Source: Camelus dromedarius (taxonomy: Eukaryota). From it: 64,000 nucleotides of DNA. The DNA lies in assembly GCF_036321535.1 (NCBI RefSeq), contig NC_087436.1, positions 40,116,001 to 40,180,000 of the forward strand, given 5' to 3'. Of the stretch, positions 12,457 through 24,209 are shown in pieces. The notes under the pieces are model-generated. The model ran no database searches. It had not been told where the DNA came from and was given only the letters and a program-made list of their open reading frames with translations. A program made the position numbers and the translations under genes. Every line of letters starts with the position of its first letter. Position 1 is the first letter of the stretch.

Positions 12457-13719
12457 TTGATGGTTTCTAACTTGTGATGACAGCTTGATGATCCTTTTAT
12501 GTATATATTTTACCAGCCTTTTCTTTTTGCCAGGTGCCTATAGAGAAGGCCAACTTATCAAACCAAAATGTGTTTTAATAGGGAATCACTGGAGATAAAA
12601 GCATTATTTACCATTCCAAAAATAATTTGAAAAAGCTTTTGGATTAGGAACTTGGACTATTTCATACTAACATTTCCTTCCACTCAATTATCAATGACAT
12701 TTGGCAGTTTCAGATAGACCACCAAAGCTTAAGTCAAACATTTGAATAATATCATCTCTATTCATGCAAATGATTCCTAAATACTGTGCAATAATTTATC
12801 TGCATTGCTGCCAAGAAAACATTCCAAGCAATGTTTGAAAGAAAATAAAATCCTAATCTTTTACAGTTCTGCTGTGGTGAGTTCTAGGAAGAAAACTCAA
12901 GTTCAGTTGTCCTTTTACACAAATTATTTACCCAAGTGTGTATCATGCAGGTATTTAGCTACATAAGCCTGGGCACAAAAGCTTGCATGTCCTCAAGGTG
13001 AAACAATACTTTCTGCACTCTTTGCTGGGAATCCCTTGTGCTTCTTTAGGCATGATGGCAAACCGAGAAATTAGGTCAAGTTCACTCTAAACAACAACAA
13101 AAAACCTCTTGAAACTATGCACAAGTTTTTTTTTTTTCCTTCTAATTAAAGGGAGACTAATAGTTCTGCCAAGTGTTTTTAATCTTGTTAGAGAAACTAG
13201 CAAAGCTAAAGTATAAAATAAGAAACATGGACCCTAGAGAGAAACATTATAGAAGTTTTTACTTTTATTTTTTTCTAACTATACTATTTTTCTATAGCAG
13301 ATTAAATTTATTTGGAATTTATAGAGAGTGCATATGGTTGCTTACAGTGTGGAAAATAAAAACAAGATGAAAGGAAAAGAAAATATATGAAAACTTTGTG
13401 TACTAGGTAATGTGTTAGACATTTTTGTAAATAGTCTGCAGTTTTCTGAAATTTTTACTAGTTCCACCATAATTTCCATGGGGAAAATGTTCTCATAGAA
13501 TTTATTTTAAATGCTAACCATCTGAAACAGAGTAATCGTCCTAAATTTCCTTTTTTGGAAATTATTGGAAATAGCATCAGTGGCTCTAGGTTGATGGATA
13601 AATTTCTGAAAATGTTCAAAAAGATGGTAGGACGTTTTAGGAGGAAGAATGTAAACATCATATAGTATAACTTTCTATCAGTGTTTGAATAACTTTTACA
13701 TTCTAGATGAATGCTCATC

Positions 13720-14141
13720 AGCTTTGTGTTTCCTGTAGCTTCCACAACAAATTACCACAAACTTGGTGGCTTAAAATTACGGAGCTTTATTCCTTCATAG
13801 TTCTGGAGGCCTGAAGTCCAAAATCCAGTTGTCAGCAGGGAAGGTCTCCCTACAGACACTCTAGAGCCACATTCTTTCCATGCTTCTAGATGCTAGTGGT
13901 TGCTGGCTTCCTTGGGTTGTGGCCACAGCACTCCAGTTTCTCTTTCATCTTCACAATCACCTTCTCTTCTGTGCCTGACTTGTCTGTATGTCTCTCATAA
14001 GGTCCTTTCTCCTTGAATTTTGGGCCAGTTTGGAAAATCTGACCTGGATCTTAATTACATCTGCAAAGATTCTTTCTCCAAATAAGGCAACTTTAATAGG
14101 TTTCAGAGATTAAGATTTGGGCGTACCTTTTGGGGGGCTAC
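13720..14141 (-). mobile_element. MaLR LTR (MLT1C/D-like); its last few bases resume after 14668
   Basis: 'aacaaattaccacaaacttggtggcttaaaa', 'ttctggaggcctgaagtccaaaatc' and 'ttaattacatctgcaaaga...ccaaataagg' are MLT1 hallmarks. Confidence 0.88.
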
Positions 14142-14664
14142 TGTTACTGAGTCCCAGCTTATACCACTTGCCACATGACAGGACAGGCCAATAAATTGAG
14201 AGAGGAGTTGTTGGAACAAGGCATAGTGACCTTGTTCAGAAAGCCAGCTGACTGCGAAGATGGTGGACTAGTGTCCCAAAGAACCATCTTGCCAGGGTCT
14301 GGATGCTAGCTTCTTTTATAGAACAAAGACAGGGGAGGTTAGGAGGTAAAATATAAAGGCCATAAGTTGTTGCAAATGTTTCCTGGTTTCGGCCAGGCTC
14401 TGGAAGGGTTGTGTTAATTTCTTCTTGCCTCCAGCCATTCACAGGTGGACCTGGTTAGGATGTTTCCTGTGAGCTTAAATAAAGGTGTTTTAGTCTAAAA
14501 CTCAGGCATGGGAGGCAGAGTTCCAGGAGATGGGTCATTATGTATACTTTCAGATATTGGCAATATCCCTTTCGTGATTAGCTTGCAGCAAAAGTAATAG
14601 AATACAAGGTTAAAGTGAAAGAAACAGATCCAATATGAAGCCAGATTTGTTCTTCCCTATTACA
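14142..14664 (-). mobile_element. ERV1-class solo LTR (MER41-like laurasiatherian family)
   Basis: TG...CA termini (TGTTAC...ATTACA) and a 4-bp TSD CTAC/TTAC with one mismatch. 'gaagatggtggactagtgtcccaaagaaccatctt' is recalled from MER41-like LTRs. Confidence 0.8.
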
Positions 14665-17600
14665 TTACCTATTGGCCCACTCTATCTACCATCTGTAATG
14701 TCTCTTGTCTTGTGAAACTGATTTTTTTTCCAAGGTGACCTGCTCAGTCTATGATGCCTGGCTCTATTTTATTGAGCTGAAATCTATTTCCCTATAGTTT
14801 TATTATAATGATTTCAATTCTGCCATTTGGGGCCCCATAGGATGAGAGTACTATCTTTTCTACAACACAATTTTCCAAATATTTGTAAGTTGCTCTAATT
14901 TCTCCTGAAAATGACTTTGGTTAAAACTGAGACATTCCTGAATTCAATTTTCCTTTATTTTTGGATTTGTCTTTTTCATCTTGTTCCTAATGAGCCACTC
15001 TGCCTTCTGCAAGACTGACTTGAGGGCTACTGATAGCTATGACTGAGTGTCCTACTATCATATTAATCGCAAAATGCCACAGTGTATAATATAATATGCT
15101 GCCTCTGCAGTGCATTATTCTCTTCCAATATTTATAGAAACATCAGGATAGATTATATGCTGTTTCCCCCAGACAGACTGAATTTAGGGTTTCTTAGAAA
15201 AAACTAACTGCTGTTTCTTCTGTTTGTGCTAAATTTCTTTGGTAATTTATGACAGGTGTCATTCCTGTTCTCTCAAGAGTTGGTGAAACCTTAACAAAAC
15301 TATTAATTTGATTCTCAAGAAATCACATTTGGTGATCTTAGAAACAGTGCACAGCTTCAGAAAAGTATTGTTAGACATATTCTGTGGGTTGAGAGAACGC
15401 TGCAGAAGGAAGAACACACAAACATACACAGGAAAGTTGATTTCAAATGGAGTGACAAATAGAGCAGTATGTTGATGTAAGTTTAAGGGAAAGCAAATTA
15501 GAAGTAAATGATAAAAGTCATTTGTTGAAATAATACTATTATTACTATTACTTCCATTTGAAATTATTCCTTTTTAAAGTATTTTCATTCAATTTGTGAT
15601 AAATGTGAAGCATAGTTTAGGTTTAAGAAAAACAAAATCTGCCAAACTATTGTCACCTTAAAATATATCACAGGTAATTCTGGACTTTTGGATTTAAAGC
15701 CATACATTTATGGCAGTTTGGTAAAGCAGCAATAGGAAATAAATACAGGTACTCAATCTCATTTTTATTTTCATGAGTTTAAAAATCCATTAGAAATAAT
15801 CCAATTCATATTCACTACTCATATAAAATGTAATTAAATTCATACTTTGCACATAATTATCTTAATTTTTTAAACTTATATTTTCATAGAGGTAGGAAGA
15901 ATTTCAGAAGTATTTATGAAAACTTTTAGGAGCACTTGAGTCTTTAGAAACATTTTCATGGCAGATTCACCCAACTTAGTATGACTTTGTAAGACCTTTC
16001 CAAAACCATGAAATAGTTGACTGTTGAAAGTTCATATGCAGACAACTAGAAATTTTTATTTGTAGATGTACTAATATTGCAACAATGTAAAAACAATTTG
16101 TTCAGGATCTTAGCCGGGAAATTCTGGCTCTCACTTACTCTTTTCTTGAATGGAAATCACAGCCTATAGGCCTCTGAGCTGTTTAAGCAATGGACATCAA
16201 CCTTCTCTAGAGAGCCGTCTTTCACATCAAGTAGACAGGCTGGGACCTTCATATAGATGTGTTTTAGAGAAACTCAGAAATTAGATCTCCTTGTTGTAGA
16301 ACCATAAGTCTAAGTTGAATTACTCCTAAGTTAAAATTAAAGCATTCCTTTCTTTTAATTACCCAATTAAAAACTATAAACAATTTCTGGGACAACTGAG
16401 GCAATAAACCCACAGAAGTCAACTTTTATGTGTTGGAGAGCAAGAATGAGTTTCCAGGTTGGAAATCAATGGAAGAATGAAAAATATCACTAGGAAAAAA
16501 AAGACATGTTTTGGAGAATCAGGGCCTGCTCCTATAATGAATACAATGGTTGAGCCAGACTCCCACTAACTACAAAGGATGTGTACTGTGGAATGTAATT
16601 TTTATTTAGGAACTTGTGAATTTAAAAGTCTAAATATAAATACAACTTATAATTACAAAAATGTAGTTTATAAAACATGGCTCACTGACATTCACACTCC
16701 TCCTTTCATGGGGTAATTTTCCTTTAAAAATGAGTTTTTTAGTCAAAATGCCTTTAGTTCTTCATGTCATGGACTTTACCTTTATCTCCTCCCTTTGAAA
16801 AATTGTGTGAGTGTATTTATTTATACACACACACACATATATAAGTGGAAAATAATATAAACCACACATAGATTATTTAAATTCATATGTGTATTCAAAT
16901 AATTCTCAATAAGTCTTAGTTTTATTCTTTTGTTCTGTTACTGTTAAAGATGAGACTGGCATAAAGGGTAAGTTTGCATTAAGAAAAAAATAGTTGCTAA
17001 GTTTCCCTTTTCTCCCTGGTAGGCTGGCCTGTTGCATTTCCGATAAACCATAGTTATCATGTGTTTAACGGATTTCCTTCTGGCAAGCTAGCATCTCTTT
17101 GTTTAAAACTATTCACTGTTTTTAGTTGAGACTGGCAGTTGATCACAGCTTTAGTGAAGCAAAAGAATTGTGTCCTATTCTTTCATCCCTTCCTGCTATT
17201 TTGAAACGGAATAATAGGCCTGTCACTTAGAAATTAGATAAATAATAGCTGTTGAGTTTATTGTTTTTGAAGCTCATTTTTTGCACTACCTTTGCAATGT
17301 CTATTAAAAAGCCGATCAACATCTGTTGAATAGAAAATATAAATTCTTGATAGAAAAATAATTGAATGCTGAGACAGAAGAACATAGATATAAAAAATAC
17401 ATAGCCTTTAATTCCTTTTCCTATTTCCAAAGTTCACAATCTGCTGGGAGATATTTGTTAGAATGATATATGTGTTTAATTTCAGCCAAATAAGCTAGTC
17501 AGGGTTTGAGATCTTAAACATACTTCGTGCATTACTACTCTACAAATTAGTTGTGATCTATAGTTTCACTCTTCTTTTAGAGAAACACAAGTTTGTCTTT

Positions 17601-18139
17601 TTATTCTTTGATTTACATTATTGATCTGGGACCAGCTTAATTCTCATGTAACCACATGTATCTTCATTATGTCGTTGGAAGCACTGGGCACCTTGCTTCT
17701 CTGTCGCTTTGGCACTTTCATCAGCCTTTTGCCTCGTGTGCTTCCAGCCAGGAAGCAACCAAAGATCAATGTGGAGAATAACAAGGACCTCTCAGGGCTG
17801 TAAAACGTCTTCTCTTGAGTACCATTGCTACATTTGTTCCATGAAAAGGAATTTATGAATACTGCTGCTGCATTTTTATGACTCCGTAAGCTAGCTTTAA
17901 GGCTTGGAGCAGATAATTTACAATACTTCTGTTTTGCTAAATCCCTAGCCCTGCCACAATTTTTGTCTCTGTTTGTGACTTGCACCTAACTAAACAAGTA
18001 CACGTCAGTTATAAGCATCTCCAAAACACTTCCTGTGATAGGTTATTCATTTGCTTAAAGAGTTGACAAAATTCCCACATGAAGTTTTTCCAAAATATTG
18101 GCATTGTGTTTGTGGCGGGGACACCTACTGATGCAAAAA

Positions 18140-18520
18140 CAAATCATGATCCCTCTTCACAGTGTAGAGTTACTGCTCAGAACTGGCAGCCTGACCCATA
18201 TCAACATTTCCTAGCAACAAAAGCTGAATGTAAGAAATGCCTGTGTCCCCAGCCAAAGCAGTTAAAGTGTGAACTTTTCCACCTTCTCTCTTCTTGGTTC
18301 TGCTGGATAGTGATGGATGGCCTTGAAAACCACAAGTTGCAGATGTCAGACTCCGTCAGCCCCTGTTCCACTATGCTTGTCACCAGCCAGTTCCATTGCC
18401 TTTTCCCTTTCCTGCCACAGATCAGGAATACAACATGTACTTTTGAATTTGTGTGATTGAGAAGTAAATTTCTATTGTGTTAAGCCACAGATATTTTGAG
18501 TGTGTACTTTAATGCACTGC
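18140..18520 (+). mobile_element. Old MaLR LTR (MLT1H/J/K-like)
   Basis: 3' motif 'gagaagtaaatttctattgtgttaagccacagatattttgag'. Confidence 0.6.
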
Positions 18521-18854
18521 TAAATGTATTATCATTATTATTTATTATATAGACAGTTAATTTAGGTTAATAGGTTAATAAGATACTAATTTCCAACCTA
18601 TATGTAATAAGTACAGAAATCTCCATTATTTCGGGCTCCAATAGTATTGAATTATGATCATTCAGTACTGTCTTGGTTGAAATTCACCTTTGGAATGTCA
18701 ATGAATGAATGAATAAGTAAAATAATGAGCTGGGCAAACACTGTTCCAAAACATGGCAGGTACTACTGGTATACACTTAACATTGTCACAAATACAGAAC
18801 ATTTGGAGAAATTTAGCTGTTTGTGATGCAGATTAATAAACCCATTATCAAAGG

Positions 18855-18983
18855 CAGAGGACAAGGTTTGACCTCAGTGTGTGCCATCTTAACTGGATGG
18901 TTTTGTACAGGTCACTTAATTTCTCTACTTTATTATTTGAAAGAAAAAAGGATATATCAATTATACCTACCTTAAAATATTAC
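18855..18983 (+). mobile_element. MIR fragment
   Basis: 'caggtcacttaatttctct...tacctacctta' resembles the MIR core. Confidence 0.5.
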
Positions 18984-19740
18984 TCAGCATTGACAGAGAT
19001 CACTGTTACAACTGAAGGGACTCAATTCTGAGTCCAGTTACATTGAGCAAATTTGGGCGATGTCAAAGACACATTCAGTAGGAAGAGTGGCACATGATAA
19101 CTCACTCATAAAGCAGAAATGCGATTATCGACAGCATGCTACGTGGAAGGAGGGAGTTCAGGGAAAGTCACCACATACACGAGAAGATTGCTTTACTCCC
19201 TGTGGAGTCGGTAATGAAGCCCTCTGAGTACCTCCCTACTCCCACTGCTGTGTGGGCCAAGCCCAGGGCTCTCTGGCTTTTAGACAATACAGGATGCTTG
19301 CTTTACTTACACGAGTTTATGTATGGAGGACCATTTTACAAGAAAAATCAGCATCAAGGTGCCCAGCAGGTGATAGAACCTTGATGAAAGAAGGCAAGGG
19401 CAAGCCTGAATAATGAGAGAAGTTGAACTGTTTATCAGTGGAAGAATAGTTAGGTTCCTGCCATCAAGGAAGTGTATGGATAATTAAGCAGTCTTGGGTT
19501 TTAGCCAATGGCTTTGCTGTATGGGTAGGCAAAGTAGACCCTAGGTAATTGCACAATACAACTCCCTTTTTGGGCCAGTTATGGAAATGTCTGTGAGAAT
19601 TTTGAAGAAGAATTAGGATGAAGCCCACAGAGAAAACTCAGTTGTCAGCTCAGAAGCAATCGAAATGCTAAGACAAATGCTTAGTCAGATCCTTAGTGCT
19701 AGCTATGCCTGACTTCATGAAATGAGTAGGCATATTGGTG
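18980..19740 (+). mobile_element. Fossil ERV-L (class III) pol segment: RT connection, RNase H and integrase N-terminus, with many stops and frameshifts
   Basis: Manual translation gives motifs in ERV-L order: YSALTE (cf. YWALVE), SLIKQK (SIIKWKW), HIHEKIA (LHEQVA), ACFTYTS (AWFTDGS), EGKGKPE**EKL (GEGKSSQWAEL), VWIIKQSWVLANGFAVW at 19474-19524 (TDSWAVANGLAGW), DEAH (HVDAH) and *LHEMSRHIG (WAHEQSGHGG). Confidence 0.82.
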
Positions 19741-21058
19741 CTGGATCGACCATATGGGGAGAGTATGTTTAGTTTTGTAAGAAACTGCCAAACTGTTTCC
19801 AGGGTGGCTGTACCATTTTGCATTCTCACCAGCAGTGAACAAGTGTTCCCGTTGCTCCTCATCCTCTCTAGCATTTAGTGGTATCACTGTTCTGGATTTT
19901 GGTTTGTAGTGGTATTTAGTTGTTGTTTTAATTGGCAGGTCTCTGATGACATACAATGTGGAGCATCTTTTCACATGATTATTTGCCATCTATATATATT
20001 CTTTGGTGATGTGTTTCTTAGGGTCTTTGGCTCATTATTTAATTGAGTTGTTTGTATTCTCATTGTTGAGTTTTAAGAGTTCTTTGTATGTTTTGGATAA
20101 CAGTTCTTTATCAGATGTGACCTTTAGAGAAATATTTCCTCCCAGACTGTGGCTTGTGTTCTCATTCTCTACTTTTTTTTTTTTTTTTTTTACAGAATAG
20201 AAGTTTTCAATTTTAATAAAATTCAGATTTATAAATTTTTTTTCATGGATCATGCCTTTGGCATTGGTATTGAAAAAGTCTTTATCATACCAAAGGACAT
20301 CTAGGTTTTTTCTTATGTTATCTTCTGGAATTTTTGTAGTTTTGCATTTTACATTTAGGTCTGTGTTCCATTCTGAGTTAATTTTATTGAAGTGTATGAA
20401 TTCTCTGTCTAGATTCATTTTTTGCATGTGGATGTCTAGTTGTTCCAGCACCATTTGTTGAAGAGACTGTCTTCGTTCCGTTGGATTGCCTTCCCTCCTT
20501 TGTCAAAGACCAGTTGACTATATTTATGTGGGTGTATTTCTGGGCTCCCTATCTTGTTCCATTGATCCATTTGTCTTTTACCAATTGATCCATTTGTCTT
20601 TTACCAATACCATACTTTCTTGATTACTGTAGCTTTATAGTAAGTCTTGAAGTCAAGTAACATCAGTCTTCCAGCTTTGTTCTTATCCTTCAATACTGTG
20701 TTGGCTATTCAAGGTCTTCACCTCTCTTACAAACGTTTAGCATCAGTTTCTCAATATCCATGAGATAACCTGCTGTGACTTTTACTGGAGTTCACTGAGT
20801 CTATAAATCAAGTTGGGAAGAACTTACATCTTGACAATATTGAGACTTCCTATCCATAAACATGTAGTATCTCTCAATTTATTTAGTTCTTTCATTTTAT
20901 TCATCAAAGTTTTATAGTTTTCCTTATCTAGATCTTGGACATATTTGTTAGATACAAATCTAACAAGTATTTCCTTTTTTTAGTGATAATGTAAATGTTT
21001 TTTTTTAATTTCAAATTCCACTTGTTCATTGGTAGTGTATAGGAAAGTCAATGACATT
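19740..21058 (-). mobile_element. Old LINE-1 (L1MC1/2-like) ORF2 C-terminal fragment
   Basis: Minus ORFs 19668-19874, 19699-19989 (MANNHVKRCST) and 20035-20454 are the L1 ORF2 C-terminal region. Confidence 0.88.
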
Positions 21059-21522
21059 TTCAGGAGCCTTAAGCATTCTGAAGAACTGGGTACTAAATCT
21101 TGCCTTAGAGATGACGGTTAATCATGACTTTCAAACTCTTGAATCAAATATAACATAACCTGGAACTAGCTTATAATTACTTGTTTATTAAAATATGCTG
21201 AATTAATTGTACCTTTTCTTTTGCATCTGCACTATATTTTAAAATACCTTTCCACTATCAATTATATGTACTAAGATAATCAGTAATTTTTGAAGATAAA
21301 TTTAACTCTTATAAATGAATTATTTTATGCTGATTTCATTTTGTATCATATTTTTGAATTCATATGTATATTCAAATACATACAAATTAGATCTTTGCAG
21401 CGTACTCTATGAAGTTTGTGTGAATACAACCCAATTGTTATGTACATTAGCAAGTACCAACATTACTATGCAATTGAATGAAGCTAGCAGGCACTTTTAA
21501 AGTTAATTAAATTAACCTGCTA

Positions 21523-21576
21523 TTTTTTTATATATTAAATATATTTTTATTGAAGTACAGTCAGTTTACCACATTG
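21523..21576 (-). mobile_element. Ultra-short (54 bp) L1 3'-terminal insertion with perfect 10-bp TSD
   Basis: TAACCTGCTA at 21513-21522 and 21577-21586 flanks an A/T tail plus 'tttattgaagtacagtcagtttac'. Confidence 0.88.
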
Positions 21577-21679
21577 TAACCTGCTAGGTTTTGTTTTTTT
21601 TTTCTGTTTTAGAAAACATGGCTCACAAGTACAAATTGAGTTATTCATTCTTCTAGGTTCATAACATTTTATCTTTGTT

Positions 21680-22150
21680 GCCCATTTGTTGCTAGCTTTT
21701 GGTTTTGTATTTTATTTTTCCATTAACCATCCCTCCATTCTCCTTTCAATAGTACACATGCTTGTTTTAATGTATATTTTCCACATATTTATTTAAATAC
21801 TTACATCAGTGAAATAATAGCCATTTAGTTTTAAATTTAGCCAAATGATATGTTAGTAAATCTTAGTGTTAGCTTTTTATTATATTGTTGTTTAACCATC
21901 TTTTTCAGATCTAACTATGTTTCTCTCCTGACCACTGCATGACAGAGTCTATCTCCAGCTGTTTCTTAGTATAAATGATGCTAACATAAATCATTTTGTA
22001 AAGTTCTCCTTCTATACATGTATAAGACCTAGAGCGATGAGATGATTTACTTTTATCAAAAAGTGCCTATTTCCATTCAGAAATCACTGATACCACTGGG
22101 TGAATATTCCCTTTTCTCACTTTCTTACCTGCATTCAGAGTCATGTGATT
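21680..22150 (-). mobile_element. Very old L1 (L1ME-like) fragment, continued at ~23815-24170
   Basis: Degenerate L1 3' ORF2/UTR text stops at ~22150 and resumes with 'tttttgtcagtctaatagatagaaagtagaatctta' after the pseudogene. Confidence 0.55.
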
Positions 22151-22164
22151 TAATAAATACCATG

Positions 22165-23804
22165 TGATGCTTATTTTCTGTCAACTCCCCTCCATCCCCA
22201 CCACACCCATATTTATTTAACCTATGGAAGAAGAGGAGATTAAGATTATTCAGCCTGAGCAGATGTTGCTGCTTACCTGACTTCAGTCACAGGCTGAGAA
22301 CTCTGGTCTCCAGTAGGGAAAAGGAAGAGCTGATTAGGCCAAGAGGAAACCTGGGAGACTTCAGGCCAGCCTTCAATCTCAGGTAGACTAGCAATCAATT
22401 CAGCAGTTGAGGAAGTCCATCCACCCTGACATTTTTGCTTGGCTACAGCTTTTTCAGCAACAACCTACGTTTTCTTTTTTAAGTTTCTTATTATAGCTGA
22501 TGCAGGAAAAATGGATGTGGGGCATGAGGAAGGCCGTGTCCCAGGCTTTGGTTGAGCCCCTGGGACATGCCCTGCCAAGTGTGGGTCTGTGGCTTCGCGC
22601 AGGAAAGAATTCAAGAGCCAGCCATGGTTGAGTAGAGGTAGATTTATTCAGAGAGATACATTGAAAGGCAAGAGAAAGGCCACCAGGTGTGGGGGTTGGG
22701 TGCTCAGAGTAAAAGTAGGTACACATTCCATAGACAGACCGTGGGCCGTCTCCAAACGGGGGTGGGAGAGAGAGAGAGAGGCAGGGGCCCCGAGGCACCG
22801 CACAGTGTTGCCAGTTTTTATGGGCTCAGTAGCTTCATATGCTAATAAGTGGAAGGACCAGTCTAACTAGTTTGGGGAAGGGGCTGGGATTCCCAGGAAG
22901 CTGGCCATTTCCCACTCTTTGACCTTTTGTGGCTAGCCTTGGGACTGCCATGGTGCCTGTGGGCTTGTTATTCACCATGTTAATATATTACAATGAGAAT
23001 ATAATGAAGCTCAAGATCTGCTAGAAGTCAAATCTCCCATGTTAAGCCTCAAGGCCTACTGGGGGTTGAATCTTGCACCACTTTGATGTTAATCGCCATA
23101 GCATTCCTTGAATGGCTGTGCCCTGGCCCCCTTCCTGTCTCAGAGCTGTAGGAGCAGAGGTCAGGCATTATTTCCCACGTGTCCAAGGGGAATGCTGCTG
23201 CACAGACCAGGATTTTCTGAGCCAGCACCCACCACATGAGACCCATTGAGTATGTCCCCTTGTTGTGGCATGTGTGGCAGTGTCCACATAATGCAGAAGA
23301 GAATCTGTGTTAAACAGACCCATGATGATCAGGCTACAGTCAGATGCCTTGATGAGAGCTTAGCCTTGGAATCAATACCGAAGAAAGGGTAGGACTCTCA
23401 GAAAGCTGTCTGAATCTGCTTAGTAAAGACTAGGAATGAAGCATACAGCAATAGATGGGGCTCAGGGAGCAGCTATCAACTGTAGTGCAGCATGCTGGCT
23501 GGTGCTGCTCCAGGATATGACTCTGACATCAGCTGGATTTTCAGAGGCCACAATGGCACGAGCCCCCAGGCAGAAGCATTTCCGGTCTGCTGTATGTTAA
23601 TGATGCAGGTGCCATCACTTTTCTTTCTGAAGATACACTATTCCCTCTGAAATTCAGTTTTAGTGACATATATCGCACAGGGAGGAATTTGTGTTTATTC
23701 TACTCCTTTTCCTGCAGGATTTCAAGGGCTCTAGATATTGAACATTTTCCTGAGATCAGGACAGGAATTGGTAACAAACGCTATATGGACCACTTTCTGA
23801 AAAG
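22165..23804 (-). pseudogene. RPSA: Processed pseudogene (retrocopy) of 40S ribosomal protein SA / 37-67 kDa laminin receptor, interrupted by a solo LTR
   Basis: The minus strand reads (ATA)SRALEILQEKE*..KFL (cf. MSGALDVLQMKEEDVLKFL; start mutated to ATA at 23738-23736), RKSDGTCIIN, ARAIVASENPADVRVIS and MGLMWWVLAQKIL...WEIMPDLCSY. Beyond the LTR it continues EKAVAKQKCQGGWT...FPTGDQSSQPVTE...AQA, with a stop at 22242-22240. RPSA-like 5'UTR ('ggtccatatagcgtttgtt') and 3'UTR ('gttgacagaaaataagcatca') are present. There are no introns and several stops and frameshifts. Confidence 0.95.
22498..23142 (-). mobile_element. Relatively young ERV1-class solo LTR (645 bp)
   Basis: TGA...TCA termini with flanks TAGC/GAGC (4-bp TSD, one mismatch). 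Minus-strand AATAAA at 22643-22648, retained CpGs, and 'caggaaagaattcaagagc' recalled from ERV1 LTRs. Confidence 0.9.
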
Positions 23805-24209
23805 TGGAGAAAGGATTATGGGAATTTTTATTTTTTGTCAGTCTAATAGATAGAAAGTAGAATCTTACTATTGTAATTTGTGTGACTCGTTACTTTTTAT
23901 CTGAGCATTTATTCATTTTCTTATTTGACACTGTTTTCTCATTTTTGTAATTGGCTGTTTAACTGCCTATTTTATAATTGGATTTTCTGATTTTTTGGTA
24001 TGCTTTGCAGTTCTTTTCATATTCAAGATACTAAGATGTGTTAATTATAGATACTGCAAATATTTCCTAGTAGCATGCTAACTTTCCTTTAGTTATGTGA
24101 TATGAGTCCTTTACAAAACAGAAACTCTTAATTTTGATGTAGTCAAGTACTATCATTTGGTTCCCCCCTGTTTTTCTGGGTCTTATATAATTATTCCTCC
24201 CTATATCAA

